DNA from: Nitrospirota bacterium
GTDB taxonomy: Bacteria > Nitrospirota > UBA9217
Assembly: GCA_963751455.1 (NCBI GenBank)
Contig: CAVVUN010000002.1
Span: 611,505-675,504 of the forward strand
Length of the DNA stretch: 64,000 nucleotides
Direction: 5' to 3'
A program made the translations under genes and the position numbers. Below are positions 1 to 9,642 of this stretch, in pieces (within the stretch, counting starts at the first letter, position 1; the number at the start of each line of letters is the position of its first letter). The notes under the pieces were generated by a model. The model saw nothing but the letters and a program-made list of their open reading frames with translations, had not been told where the DNA came from and ran no database searches.

Positions 1-1
1 G

Positions 2-1375
2 GCCGATTGTGGTTTGCCCGGTTGCACCGGGTCTTTCCACTCGCGCTGGCGGCGGGGTTTGGGATTGCCCGTTCCTGGTCGGCGTCTCAACGCGCAGACG
101 GTCGGGTACCCGCTGCCGCTGCTGTTCATGTTCCTCCCGGGGGATGACAATCACGGGGTGTTTCGGCCGGTCCCGGGGAGGCACAACATGGACATCTGTC
201 CGGTTCTGCTCGCGCTGCTGCTTCATTTCAAGAAAGGGATTTTCCCTTCGCACCGGCACTCGCTTGCCGGTCCCGAAGCTTTCGCGGTTCACTACGGTCA
301 CTGAATTATTGACCCGGGCATTGCTGTAATTCCGGTTCACGACCACCGTATTTACGGTTGTAATGTTGACGCTCCCCGGGCCGTAATAGCCATACCCGTA
401 ATAGATTTCACCCGGTGCAAGCGGAACCCATGCGACGTACGAAGGCGTCACTATCCATCCTACGAACCCCGGGCTCCAGTAGACCGCGCCTATGGCGGGC
501 GGCACCCAGCACCAGCCGCGAGAGCCGACAAAGGCCCAGCGGCCGTAATGCGAGGGCGCCCAGCCCCACGGATCGTAGTCTATCCAGACATAATTGCCCC
601 TGATCCAGACCCAGCTTCCATAGCTGTACGGAGCCCAGCCCGCGGGCGCCGCGGTAGGGAGCCAGACATAACCGTAGTCGCTTTCATACTCCCATCGGCC
701 GTAGCGATCGAAATCCGAGGCATATTCGTGCAGGTCGTCCGGAAGGTAGCGTGAGCTTTCGCCCACGGACGCAAGATACCGGTCGCGTTCCATGTTCCAC
801 TGTTCCCAGTCGTCGGGCGGGCCAATGGGAGCCACTTCAGCGCTTTGTTCGCCCCGCATCGTGAGCGTATTTCCGGCGCTTACGCGGGTGGCGCCGGCCC
901 TGCTCTCGGCATACACATAACCTTTGAGCACGGAGACTTCCGCTATGCCGTCGTGCGAAACGTCGACCATCATCACGGAATTATCATACGTTCTGAGCGA
1001 CGATATGGGCGTGTCCACCTGGACTGTTCTGATACCGCCGCGCCGGTTGTTGATATATATATGTCCCTCGTCCAGATACAGCTGTGCGGAATCGTGGCTC
1101 ACGGTGAGAATGTCGAGCGCCGTATCATGATCACCACGAACGAACACTCCTCCCCGGATCTGCAGCTCCGCCTGGCTATGGTCCGGGACCCACAAGCGGT
1201 CGCCTTCGTTCATCGGAAGATTGACGGCCGCGTCCGTCCAGTCGGTTGTATCCTTGATCTGGACCTGGACGTCGCCCTCCGTCAGGCTCAGCCGGACTTC
1301 TCCAAGGTCGTCTGCAAAAACAAAGGCTGGGACGAGCAGGATACCGGTAACAATCAAATATCTCAATAATCGCAT
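2..1375 (-). CDS. FecR-domain / DUF6600 exported protein, 3' end runs off the window
   Basis: Not in the ORF track. ATG at 1375 with GGAGGT RBS. MRLLRYLIVTGILLVPAFVFA signal peptide, then LSLTEGDVQV...NLPMNEGDRLW (FecR-like), WGWAPSHYGRW...GWCWVP...WVPLAPGE (DUF6600-like) and a low-complexity tail. Confidence 0.8.
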   Translation of the reverse strand, partial: MRLLRYLIVTGILLVPAFVFADDLGEVRLSLTEGDVQVQIKDTTDWTDAAVNLPMNEGDRLWVPDHSQAELQIRGGVFVRGDHDTALDILTVSHDSAQLYLDEGHIYINNRRGGIRTVQVDTPISSLRTYDNSVMMVDVSHDGIAEVSVLKGYVYAESRAGATRVSAGNTLTMRGEQSAEVAPIGPPDDWEQWNMERDRYLASVGESSRYLPDDLHEYASDFDRYGRWEYESDYGYVWLPTAAPAGWAPYSYGSWVWIRGNYVWIDYDPWGWAPSHYGRWAFVGSRGWCWVPPAIGAVYWSPGFVGWIVTPSYVAWVPLAPGEIYYGYGYYGPGSVNITTVNTVVVNRNYSNARVNNSVTVVNRESFGTGKRVPVRRENPFLEMKQQREQNRTDVHVVPPRDRPKHPVIVIPREEHEQQRQRVPDRLRVETPTRNGQSQTPPPARVERPGATGQTTIG

Positions 1376-1620
1376 AGAAGACCTCCCTGGTACCATAATC
1401 TGTATTTTACCTCTTTGACCGCAGATGCAACAATATTATTTAACCTGTTTTTCGGGCAGCTGGTTAGGGCGTCTGTAACAGATCTTTTCCGTTGATGGGG
1501 GAACGTTCATGATAGTAATGACACCGTAGGGAGGGAAAGGTTTAAAGCCCACCTGCGTTTGTAATGGGGGTTGACTTTGCTTTCCGGGTGCGCAAAAATT
1601 GATGCATGAACAGGAATGAT

Positions 1621-2235
1621 ATGCGTCTCTACGCGGCCATAGGGTTTGCAATGATACTTTGTTCGTGTGCCCCGGTGTTGAACAGGGACGTGATGCGGGA
1701 AGGAAGCCGCGAGGTTTCCTTTGCTGCTCTCAGGGAAAATCCGAAACCATACATGGGAAGGCTTTACATCCTGGGAGGAATCATCGTGGAGACGTCGTTC
1801 ACGGCATCAGGGTCCGAGATGGAAGCAGTACATATACCGGTAGACGGATTAGGCTATTTTAGAGAGAGCGGCCAGTCCGAGGGACGTTTTCTCGCGGTCC
1901 TGTCGAAGGACGCACAGATGCTTGATCCCGAAGTGTACGGCCGCGGGAGAAGAGTCACCCTTGCCGGAGAATTTGTTGCAACGCGGAGCGGAAAAATCGA
2001 GGACATAGATTACCGTTACCCTGTGTTTCAGATTCGGCAGCTATACCTCTGGCCCAGGCAGCGAAACTATAATCCTCCACCCAACTATTACGACCCCTGG
2101 TTTTATCCGTTTCCTTATTTTTACGGCGGGCCGTGGTGGAGCTATTATTACTATGAATCAATACGGCCGGTCCAGAAACGCACGCAGCCCGAAGGCCCCC
2201 GGCCGCGCGGGCAAAGGGAGCCGGTGCGAAGATGA
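1621..2235 (+). CDS. Slp-family outer membrane lipoprotein
   Basis: Lipobox LCSC; GG.I, SEGRFL, LDPEVY..GRRVT.AG and Y.YP...LW motifs; Pro/Tyr-rich tail. Alternative start at 1606. Confidence 0.85.
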   Translation: MRLYAAIGFAMILCSCAPVLNRDVMREGSREVSFAALRENPKPYMGRLYILGGIIVETSFTASGSEMEAVHIPVDGLGYFRESGQSEGRFLAVLSKDAQMLDPEVYGRGRRVTLAGEFVATRSGKIEDIDYRYPVFQIRQLYLWPRQRNYNPPPNYYDPWFYPFPYFYGGPWWSYYYYESIRPVQKRTQPEGPRPRGQREPVRR

Positions 2236-2259
2236 AAAAGGCGCCAAGGAGGGCACATC

Positions 2260-3099
2260 ATGAACAAAACCTTCCAGACTATCGCCCTGGTGTTGTGTTT
2301 GCTCGTTATTCCGCTGACTGCAGCCGCGCCCGGTAAAAAGGTGGTGCGCCTCAGCGACGGCAAGACGGTAGCGTTTGCCGAGATGATCAGCGATCTTAAA
2401 AAGGCGGACATAGTTTTTGTAGGCGAAGTTCACGACAGCACCAAGAACCATCAGCAGCAATTAGACGTGATCAGGGCATTGCATGAATCGAACAAGCCCG
2501 TAGCCGTCGGCCTCGAAATGTTCAGGAGGAACAGCCAGAACGCACTGGATCAATATGTCCGGAAGGAACTCTCGACCGAGAAATTCATACCCGTTTACTA
2601 CAATAACTGGAGCATGCCCTGGCCGCTTTACGGCGGCATCTTCGAATATGCGCGGGAGCAGGGCATAGCGCTGGTGGGCCTGAATATTCCGGACGAGATA
2701 GCCAGGAAAATAGCTCAACAGGGTTTTGAGTCGCTGAGCGATGCAGAAAAAAAAGAGCTGCCCCCGGGAATCAGCTGCAACGTGGACCCCACATACATGG
2801 AATTCATCAAACGGGCGTACGCCGGGCACGCGATGCACGGCGGCGATTTTGCGAATTTCTGCCAGGCCCAGATGGTATGGGACAAGACCATGGCGTGGAA
2901 TCTGATGAATTATCTCAAGAAGAACCAGGGCACGACCATGATCGTTCTGGCAGGTGTGGGACATGCCTGGAAACGGGGGATTTCAGGCCACGTCGAGGAC
3001 GAATCCAACTTGAGCTACAGGGTGGTCCTGCCGCTTCTTTCAGAAGCTCATGAGAGAACGCTGACGACGGAAGACGCGGATTATGTGCTCCTGGACTAG
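2260..3099 (+). CDS. ChaN-family (Tiki superfamily, putative haem uptake) protein
   Basis: VFVGEVHD, GLEMF, AQMVWD..MA and LAGVGH motifs; signal peptide; AGGAGG RBS. Confidence 0.85.
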   Translation: MNKTFQTIALVLCLLVIPLTAAAPGKKVVRLSDGKTVAFAEMISDLKKADIVFVGEVHDSTKNHQQQLDVIRALHESNKPVAVGLEMFRRNSQNALDQYVRKELSTEKFIPVYYNNWSMPWPLYGGIFEYAREQGIALVGLNIPDEIARKIAQQGFESLSDAEKKELPPGISCNVDPTYMEFIKRAYAGHAMHGGDFANFCQAQMVWDKTMAWNLMNYLKKNQGTTMIVLAGVGHAWKRGISGHVEDESNLSYRVVLPLLSEAHERTLTTEDADYVLLD

Positions 3100-3204
3100 A
3101 AAGCTTTGAACAAAGCAGCCACGAAGGCCAAGCCACGAAGAGTATCACGTTCTTCGCGCCTGAAAGTCTTCGTGGCACATTTATCCTTTGTCTTCGTTGA
3201 AGGA

Positions 3205-3489
3205 TCACTTGATTTTCTTTACAAAATCCTCGATCGAGATTGCAGGGAACGTGATGAGCTTGACCGATCCGCGTGACCCTATCTCGACGGACATCTTCAT
3301 TACGGTCTCGTTGTCCGGAGCTTCAACGAAGTTGACGAAATCGTAAGCGCCCAAAAGAGCGTATTGTTTGTTGATCTTCACGCCCATCGTTTCTATTTCC
3401 CGGTTCACCTCCATGATGCGCTCAGGTCTCTCTTTGAGTGTTCTGCGGCCCTCGTCCGTCAGCGTGCTCAGGATAATATAACTCGGCAT
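3205..3489 (-). CDS. GYD domain protein
   Basis: 94 aa with LGAYDFV...EAPD; AGGAGG RBS. Confidence 0.85.
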   Translation of the reverse strand: MPSYIILSTLTDEGRRTLKERPERIMEVNREIETMGVKINKQYALLGAYDFVNFVEAPDNETVMKMSVEIGSRGSVKLITFPAISIEDFVKKIK

Positions 3490-3508
3490 GTCGCTTTCCT
3501 CCTTTCAG

Positions 3509-3673
3509 CCTAAAAACGGCATTTGAACACGGATGAACACGGAAACAGCGGATCAAAACAATGTGATAGAGCAAAAAGCCATCTCGCCTTTTGGGTGAAT
3601 CCATTACTGTTCGTAACTTCCCTATAAATCCGTGTTGATCAGATTTTATCCGTGTCCAACTGCTTTTTTCAGG
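3509..3673. mobile_element. MITE with CCT...AGG ends, copy 1, enclosing a 10-mer repeat palindrome
   Basis: Ends CCTAAAAA / TTTTCAGG; 5-bp direct repeat TTCAG on both sides; inner arms AACACGGATG / ATCCGTGT. Confidence 0.75.
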
Positions 3674-3771
3674 TTCAGCCAATAGTACGGTCCTCGTTCT
3701 ATTATGCGAACCAACTCCTTTATAATAATTATATCTTTATTTTCAGTATCCGGCATGGTACAGTATGCCGC

Positions 3772-4752
3772 ATGAAAACACCGGCAGCGCGGCTGATAAT
3801 TGTTTTCTTGTTCATTCAGGCTTTTATGTCCCCACGTTCTTCGGTGGCCTTTACCTTCGAAGGCCCTCTGCAGGTGAAGAACCTGTTTCCTCTTTTCATC
3901 CCGGCCGCGCAGCCGTACCTCGAACAGGCATCCCTCCACGATTCCTTTTCCGCCAATATTTCCCATGCAAGCGTCTATATGACACGGGAATCGCCCGCGT
4001 GGAGTTCTCACATGGACCTTGAGTTGACCGAGCTTAACCTCAGGCTTCGGAAAAATTTTCCGGGGCTGTTCGAGGCCGGTGTTGATGTGCCCGTGCTCCG
4101 GGCAACCGCCGGGTTCATGGACCGGCCTCTTGCCTGGTATCATGAGACCTTTGGCTTTCCGGATTACGGTAGAAAGAAGCGGCCGCACAATGAATTTTTG
4201 TATGATATACGAAGAGGCGGCCTGCCGGTTATCCAGGGCAAGAATGACAAAACCGGCTTCGGCGACGTCAGATTAACGTTGAAGAAAGAGATAACACACC
4301 AGGACCCGGCGCTCAGCATTCTGGCGTTCACAGAGCTGCCGACCGGAGATGCGAAGATTGGCTACGGCAGCGGAAGTTTTGACTGGGGTTTCGCAGCTCT
4401 GCTCGATAAGCAAGTGATGACGGACGCCAGGATATACGCGAACCTGGGCGCATTTTTTCCCGGCGATTTGAAAGCGCACCAGACAGTCAAGTTGAACGAT
4501 TTCTACTACGCGGGCCTGGGAGTGGAATATTTTGCATTTCAGAACCTGAGTCTGTTGGTGCACTGCCTGGCGCAGACTTCTCCCTATCCCCACACCGGCA
4601 TTTCAAAAATCGACAATACCGGAATGCTTCTTGTCTTCGGCGGCAGAAAGTACACACGATCGGGCAGCTATGAACTGTCCCTGAGCGAGGACTTGAGCAC
4701 GGCCGGCGCGCCCGACTTCATCTTTAACCTTTCCTACATCACCCGATTTTGA
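3772..4752 (+). CDS. DUF3187-family outer membrane protein
   Basis: Signal peptide, GPL.VKN.FP, GFMD..L.WYH..FG, GFGDV.L, ELPTGD and EDL...APD motifs; ends in F. Confidence 0.75.
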   Translation: MKTPAARLIIVFLFIQAFMSPRSSVAFTFEGPLQVKNLFPLFIPAAQPYLEQASLHDSFSANISHASVYMTRESPAWSSHMDLELTELNLRLRKNFPGLFEAGVDVPVLRATAGFMDRPLAWYHETFGFPDYGRKKRPHNEFLYDIRRGGLPVIQGKNDKTGFGDVRLTLKKEITHQDPALSILAFTELPTGDAKIGYGSGSFDWGFAALLDKQVMTDARIYANLGAFFPGDLKAHQTVKLNDFYYAGLGVEYFAFQNLSLLVHCLAQTSPYPHTGISKIDNTGMLLVFGGRKYTRSGSYELSLSEDLSTAGAPDFIFNLSYITRF

Positions 4753-5183
4753 TTCCGCGAAAAATTTGTTGATCTTCTGCTTCCGCCTTCAGTAGCACCC
4801 AATCGAAGACTTATAAATAAATTGGATTAATTTTGTATGAGGGCTGCCCGTATATCAGTCTTTATACGGACAGATTGTTGCCACCCGTGAGAGTGAGTGT
4901 TATTCTTTTACCAGCGTGATGCATGGAGCATCAGTCAGTGCATTCATACGCCTAGCTCTTCACCATCCGGAAGCATGAGTGTTCTTCCGGATACGCAGCC
5001 GCTTTACCAGATTCTCGCATTATTATTTGACAGAAAAAACTAACCGTCGTTATCAAGACCGGCTCAACACGCCAGAAAGAGAGTGGAGGCCGGGAAGAAA
5101 GGAGGGATGAAAGGAAATATTCTCAGAAACGTTTGTTTAAGTCTCTTCAGAGAGTCTCTTCGAACAGGATGGAAGGAGGAACC

Positions 5184-6491
5184 ATGTTTAAAAAAATAAT
5201 CATAGTTTCAAGTCTGTTGTTTATCGCCTGGGTGCTTTTCCCTCCGACGAACGGTAATGCCATGCCGAATTTTGCGCGAGAATACGGCGCGGACTGCACT
5301 ATGTGTCATACCAATATTCCGAAATTGAACAGGACCGGATATGAATTCAGGCTGGCCGGCTACCGGTTACCTTCAGAGATCGGGAAGGAAGAGAAGCCCT
5401 TCAATCTCGGAGATTTCTTTGCAGCGCGGTTCCAGGACCAGTTTCGTTATGCGGTATCAAAACCGGCCGTCGGAGAAAAAAGCACCACCAACCAGCTCGA
5501 GTTCCTCGAATTCACAATGTATCCGCTGACCGGTTCCTGGGGAAGAAACTTTGCATCGATAGGGGAACTTTCGATGGCCCCGGATGACGTATTCGAATTT
5601 GAAAATGCTTATGTTCGGGGTGCGTACGGAAACGACGCAGGGTGGTTCCAGGCAAAAGTCGGCATCATGCATCCATGGGAAGGCTTCGGAGCCTCCGACC
5701 GGCCGATCGGAACGGTCCGTCCGCTGTTCCAGAGGCAGAAAACGGCGGCCTCGCCCTTCGTCCTGTGGAACCTGGACGAGTCGGCCGTAGAAGTGGGCTA
5801 TCATATCGGAGCAAGCGGGACGTCGATAGCCGGCCGTCTGAGCAACGGAATCATGTGGAAAGGAGACCAGTCAGGCAATGCAGAGCCTGCGCAGGGAGGC
5901 GCATTATCCAAGACCGAGAATGGAAATACCCTGGGTGTCGACCGCAAGAATTATCAGTTTTTCCTGAACCAGTTCTTTGCCCGGGAGTCGGCAGTGACGT
6001 TGTATTATTACCGCGGGGTTATTCCGTTTGTGGATACCAGCCTTGATACAATATCCGGGAACACCCTTGAAACCTTTACCCGTTATGCGGCATACGCGAA
6101 TTTCTGGGTGGTGCCATCAAAAGTGAACCTTCTTGCGGGTTATGCGATGGGGAAGGACTCCCCGGACGATGGTACGCTGGTTGCTACCGGTGTAACCGAG
6201 GACGGAACCGTGAGGACCTTCAATGCCGCCAATGCCGGGAAAAGCAAAGGCGCCTTCGGCGAAGTGGATTTCCATGCTTCTCCGAAAGTGGCTTTTGCCG
6301 GCCGCTATGACACTTTTGATCCCTCGGATAAAACCGGAAGGGACAAGCTGACAGCAGAGACCGTATCCGCAAACTGGTATATAGTGAGCGGCCTTCAGCT
6401 GATCGCCGATTACCAGCATAAGGATACGGAGAAAACTGCGGGAAAAACTAAAGACGACTTGTATCAGGCACGCATGATTTTTATCTGGTAG
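5184..6491 (+). CDS. cyc2: Cyc2-like fused monoheme cytochrome c / beta-barrel porin
   Basis: After the signal peptide: AMPNFAREYGADCTMCHTNIPKLNRTGYEFRLAGY, matching the Cyc2 pattern P.FAR..G..CxxCH...P.L...G..F...G. Then about 380 aa of amphipathic strands ending in W; AGGAGG RBS. Confidence 0.75.
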   Translation: MFKKIIIVSSLLFIAWVLFPPTNGNAMPNFAREYGADCTMCHTNIPKLNRTGYEFRLAGYRLPSEIGKEEKPFNLGDFFAARFQDQFRYAVSKPAVGEKSTTNQLEFLEFTMYPLTGSWGRNFASIGELSMAPDDVFEFENAYVRGAYGNDAGWFQAKVGIMHPWEGFGASDRPIGTVRPLFQRQKTAASPFVLWNLDESAVEVGYHIGASGTSIAGRLSNGIMWKGDQSGNAEPAQGGALSKTENGNTLGVDRKNYQFFLNQFFARESAVTLYYYRGVIPFVDTSLDTISGNTLETFTRYAAYANFWVVPSKVNLLAGYAMGKDSPDDGTLVATGVTEDGTVRTFNAANAGKSKGAFGEVDFHASPKVAFAGRYDTFDPSDKTGRDKLTAETVSANWYIVSGLQLIADYQHKDTEKTAGKTKDDLYQARMIFIW

Positions 6492-6514
6492 CACGGAAAG
6501 CGTTTGCGTAAAGC

Positions 6515-6545
6515 AGCCGGGCCCCCAAAAGGACCTGGCTTTTTT
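6515..6545 (+). terminator. Rho-independent terminator
   Basis: AGCCGGG...CCTGGCT stem followed by a T run, just after the stop. Confidence 0.7.
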
Positions 6546-6928
6546 GTTTCCTGCTGCTGAATTTCAACGGCTCTCCCCGGTCGAACAGCTGTCCAGCTCA
6601 TCAAAGAAGCATGCCCCTTGATTTTGACGCGGATGTATGCTATAGAAGAATAGTAATGACAAAAGATGAGATGGGTCTCAGCCATGAAACAGACAGCAGA
6701 TAAACAGAGAAAACAGCAGACGACCTCCGCCAAACCGTCTAAGCCGGCATGTGGAACGCTCATCCACATCGCCGAATGCCGGGGGAGCTTTTGGAAACCA
6801 GGTTCCATACGGTGGCAGGGCGCGGCCGACACGACGAACAGGACCGTCAGAAAATACAGGGTCGACGGATAAACTTCTGTTCCGTTGTTGTTTCCTTAAT
6901 TTTCTAACGCGTACCGGAAAGGCAAGCC

Positions 6929-7120
6929 ATGTGCGATCTTAAGGCATATGTCGCAAAAAACGGGAAAGAGGAGTTGGTCCTCGAATCCGTGAACCAGGTC
7001 GTTGCGGATGGAGATGAGATCGTCATACGCAACCTTTTCGGAGAAGAGAAACGTGTGCGCGGCGCGGTAAAGGAAGTTTCCCTTTCCAGGAGCCGTCTTG
7101 TTGTCGAGCAGGGTAAATAA
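6929..7120 (+). CDS. cooT: CooT-family nickel-binding protein
   Basis: 63 aa beginning MC; E.VLESV and NLFGEEK.V.G.VKEVSL pattern. Confidence 0.8.
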   Translation: MCDLKAYVAKNGKEELVLESVNQVVADGDEIVIRNLFGEEKRVRGAVKEVSLSRSRLVVEQGK

Positions 7121-7246
7121 CGGCTATCCGGTTCTTGTTTATTCCGCAATACAACCCACCCAAAAAAAACGCACCAGGCCTGAACCACCGTATCAAAAAT
7201 CGATTGACATAGCCGTCGAGAGGGATTAATTTACTGTATCTAAAGT

Positions 7247-8695
7247 ATGTTTAACTATTTCCAAAACATCCCGTTAGTCTATCCTATCTATTTTTTCTAC
7301 GGCTCAGCATTCCTTTTTTTAGGCTTTTCAATCTTTATCAAGGACATGAAGGGCAGCAATTTAAAGCTGGCAGACAGCCTCTGGCTCCTTGCGTTGTTCG
7401 GTATCACGCACGGCATCAACGAATTCCTGCAGTTGTATCCGCTGATCGAAGGCGACCATCTGACCCTGTCCCAGATATTCAATGCACGATTGCTTTCGCT
7501 GGTTGTCATGGTGGCATCATATTTTTTTCTGCTCGTGTTCGGCCTTGTTTTAATACTCAATCCCGGCGAAAAACCGCCCCTCTGGATGAAGCTCATTCCG
7601 GGAATTATTTTTTCCATCTGGATTGTGTTTGTGGCGAAACAGGGCTTCAGCAGAAGCATGAGTTTCCTGGCACAGGCGGAGCTCGGCGCCCGGTATACCT
7701 TCGGTTTGTCGGGTGGGCTTATGGCTGCCTATTCCCTGATTTCTTATTCCAAAGAGGTGCGCGTTTTAAGCCAGCGGGTATCGCGTCATTTGAGATACGC
7801 CGGTATAACTTTCGTTCTGTATGCCGTTTTTGCAGGCGTTTTCGTTACCGCGTTCTTCCGGCTAGTCAGCTTTCCATACGCAATCGAGCTTCTGCGGGCT
7901 GTGTGCGCGATGATTATTACGTATTTCATAATCAGGGCGCTGAACATATTCAACATCGATACCCGCAGGAGGATTGAACAGCAGATGAAGCATCTTGCCC
8001 AGACCGAAAAGCTGAGCTCGCTCGGACAACTGGCAGCGGGCATAGCCCACGAAATCAACAACCCGCTGACCAATGCATCACTGGGCATCGAAACAATACG
8101 GCAGAAGCTCATTTCGAACAGCGGCGACCCGGAAATGATCAACAAGCTGAACGCGGTCGAGCGGAACATCGACAGGGCGTCATCCATAGCCCGCGAACTG
8201 CTGCAGTTGTCCCGGCAGAAAGAGTGTGAATTTGTTCCGGTTGATATCAATTCAGTGATCCAGGCCACCTTGACGCTGATGAAGCACAGGCTCGAAGACT
8301 TCAAACTCAAGCAAAACCTGATGCACGTTGCAGAGATCATGGGCGACCCGGGAAAAATGGAACAGGTTATTATCAATGTTTTGTCAAACTCGATTGAGGC
8401 GATGCCTGAAGGGGGAGCTATTACGATCTCCTCGTTAAGGAGTAATGATTATGTCAAGGTGCAGATCGCGGACAGCGGAATAGGGATACCCGAAAAAAAG
8501 ATATCGAGGGTATTCGATCCCTTTTTTACCACGAAGGAGCTGGGAAGAGGAACCGGCCTTGGTCTGACGATATGCTACGGCATCATTCAACAGCACCATG
8601 GATCCATACAGATAGAGAGCACTGCAGGAAAGGGCACGACCGTTACGATCAAGATCCCGACGAGGGAGCATTATGAAAAATATACTTATCGTTGA
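7247..8695 (+). CDS. Multi-pass membrane sensor histidine kinase
   Basis: Hydrophobic N-terminal half; [17 protein letters not shown]-box; N, D/F and G boxes (DSGIGI, PFFTTK, GTGLGL). Confidence 0.95.
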   Translation: MFNYFQNIPLVYPIYFFYGSAFLFLGFSIFIKDMKGSNLKLADSLWLLALFGITHGINEFLQLYPLIEGDHLTLSQIFNARLLSLVVMVASYFFLLVFGLVLILNPGEKPPLWMKLIPGIIFSIWIVFVAKQGFSRSMSFLAQAELGARYTFGLSGGLMAAYSLISYSKEVRVLSQRVSRHLRYAGITFVLYAVFAGVFVTAFFRLVSFPYAIELLRAVCAMIITYFIIRALNIFNIDTRRRIEQQMKHLAQTEKLSSLGQLAAGIAHEINNPLTNASLGIETIRQKLISNSGDPEMINKLNAVERNIDRASSIARELLQLSRQKECEFVPVDINSVIQATLTLMKHRLEDFKLKQNLMHVAEIMGDPGKMEQVIINVLSNSIEAMPEGGAITISSLRSNDYVKVQIADSGIGIPEKKISRVFDPFFTTKELGRGTGLGLTICYGIIQQHHGSIQIESTAGKGTTVTIKIPTREHYEKYTYR

Positions 8696-9326
8696 TGATG
8701 ACCCGGAAATCCGGACACATCTTGCTGACATATTAAGGGGCGTAGGTTACCGGACCGAGCAGGCAGCATCCGGCAGCGAGGCGGTAAACAAAGCTTCTGC
8801 AGAAGAGTATGACGTTATTCTCCTGGACATGATCATGCCGAAGGGCGGAGGCGCTGAAGCCCTGGTTGAGCTGAACAAGATTTCGCCGCGGTCCAAAGTC
8901 GTGATGATTACGGCCTTCGCAACCGTGGAAAATGCAGTGGATGCCATGAAACGAGGCGCATCAGATTATATTTCGAAGCCTTTCAAAATAGATGAACTGC
9001 TTACAACCATCCGGCGCGTGATAGAGGAGACGCGGGTCGAAGAATGCTGCGCGACAAAAGACCTGGATGGTCTCTTCGGCTCGCTCTCGAACCCGACCCG
9101 GACAAAGATCATGCGCTTAATTGCGTCGAGAAAATCGATGCGGCTCATGGAGCTTGCGCGCGAACTCTCGATAGAGGACCACACAAAAGTCATTTTTCAT
9201 CTCAGGATTCTTAAGGAAGCCGGAATAATAAGTCAGAACGACGACAAGGCTTATATCCTCACTGCTCAAGGCGAGAAAACCGTGAGCTGCCTAAAGATAA
9301 TCGATAGACACCTGACCAGACAGTAA
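8673..9326 (+). CDS. Response regulator (REC plus ArsR-like winged HTH)
   Basis: ILIVDDD, LLDMIMP, KPF; C-terminal LSNPTRTKIMRLI...ELAREL...FHLRILKEAGII; overlaps the kinase stop. Confidence 0.9.
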   Translation: MKNILIVDDDPEIRTHLADILRGVGYRTEQAASGSEAVNKASAEEYDVILLDMIMPKGGGAEALVELNKISPRSKVVMITAFATVENAVDAMKRGASDYISKPFKIDELLTTIRRVIEETRVEECCATKDLDGLFGSLSNPTRTKIMRLIASRKSMRLMELARELSIEDHTKVIFHLRILKEAGIISQNDDKAYILTAQGEKTVSCLKIIDRHLTRQ

Positions 9327-9426
9327 TTCCAATAGTTTTTCTCGTCTCACACCACTCTCTCGCTTCAGCAGATATATTGCCCGCAAATTAGTTTCCTCCT
9401 CTTTCCCAAAATTATAATTCGGCAGC

Positions 9427-9446
9427 ATGTGAAATTCGGTTCACAT
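9427..9446. promoter_or_regulatory. Palindromic operator candidate upstream of the octaheme gene
   Basis: ATGTGAA-ATTCGG-TTCACAT. The spacing fits neither canonical CRP nor Rex; regulator unknown. Confidence 0.4.
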
Positions 9447-9642
9447 TCAGGACAGTACTGTGAACACAATGTTACTTGACGAAATTGCCTTGCCGGTTAT
9501 TATAAACAATTACAACTATAGTATATGACAATTGGTATCTGAGATGGAATTGCAACGATTTTAGCAACTTAAAGGAGGTGAGGGCGCACCACGTTATATT
9601 GCTACCGGCCCCCGTATCTCAATTATTGAAAGGAAGAGGAAA

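Noticed and set aside
9-1369. Plus-strand ORFs in the track (for example 845-1369)
   Set aside because: They are antisense shadows of the minus-strand FecR/DUF6600 gene. The same applies to the long antisense ORFs over nrfA, cydA, IS110, the fad genes, rhlB and ppdK.
4840-5100. Several hairpins in the long leader of the cyc2-like gene, possible riboswitch
   Set aside because: No riboswitch consensus that I can recognise; an Rfam scan would be needed.
6666-6872. 68-aa ORF upstream of cooT
   Set aside because: No recognisable motif or clear RBS; cannot be supported.
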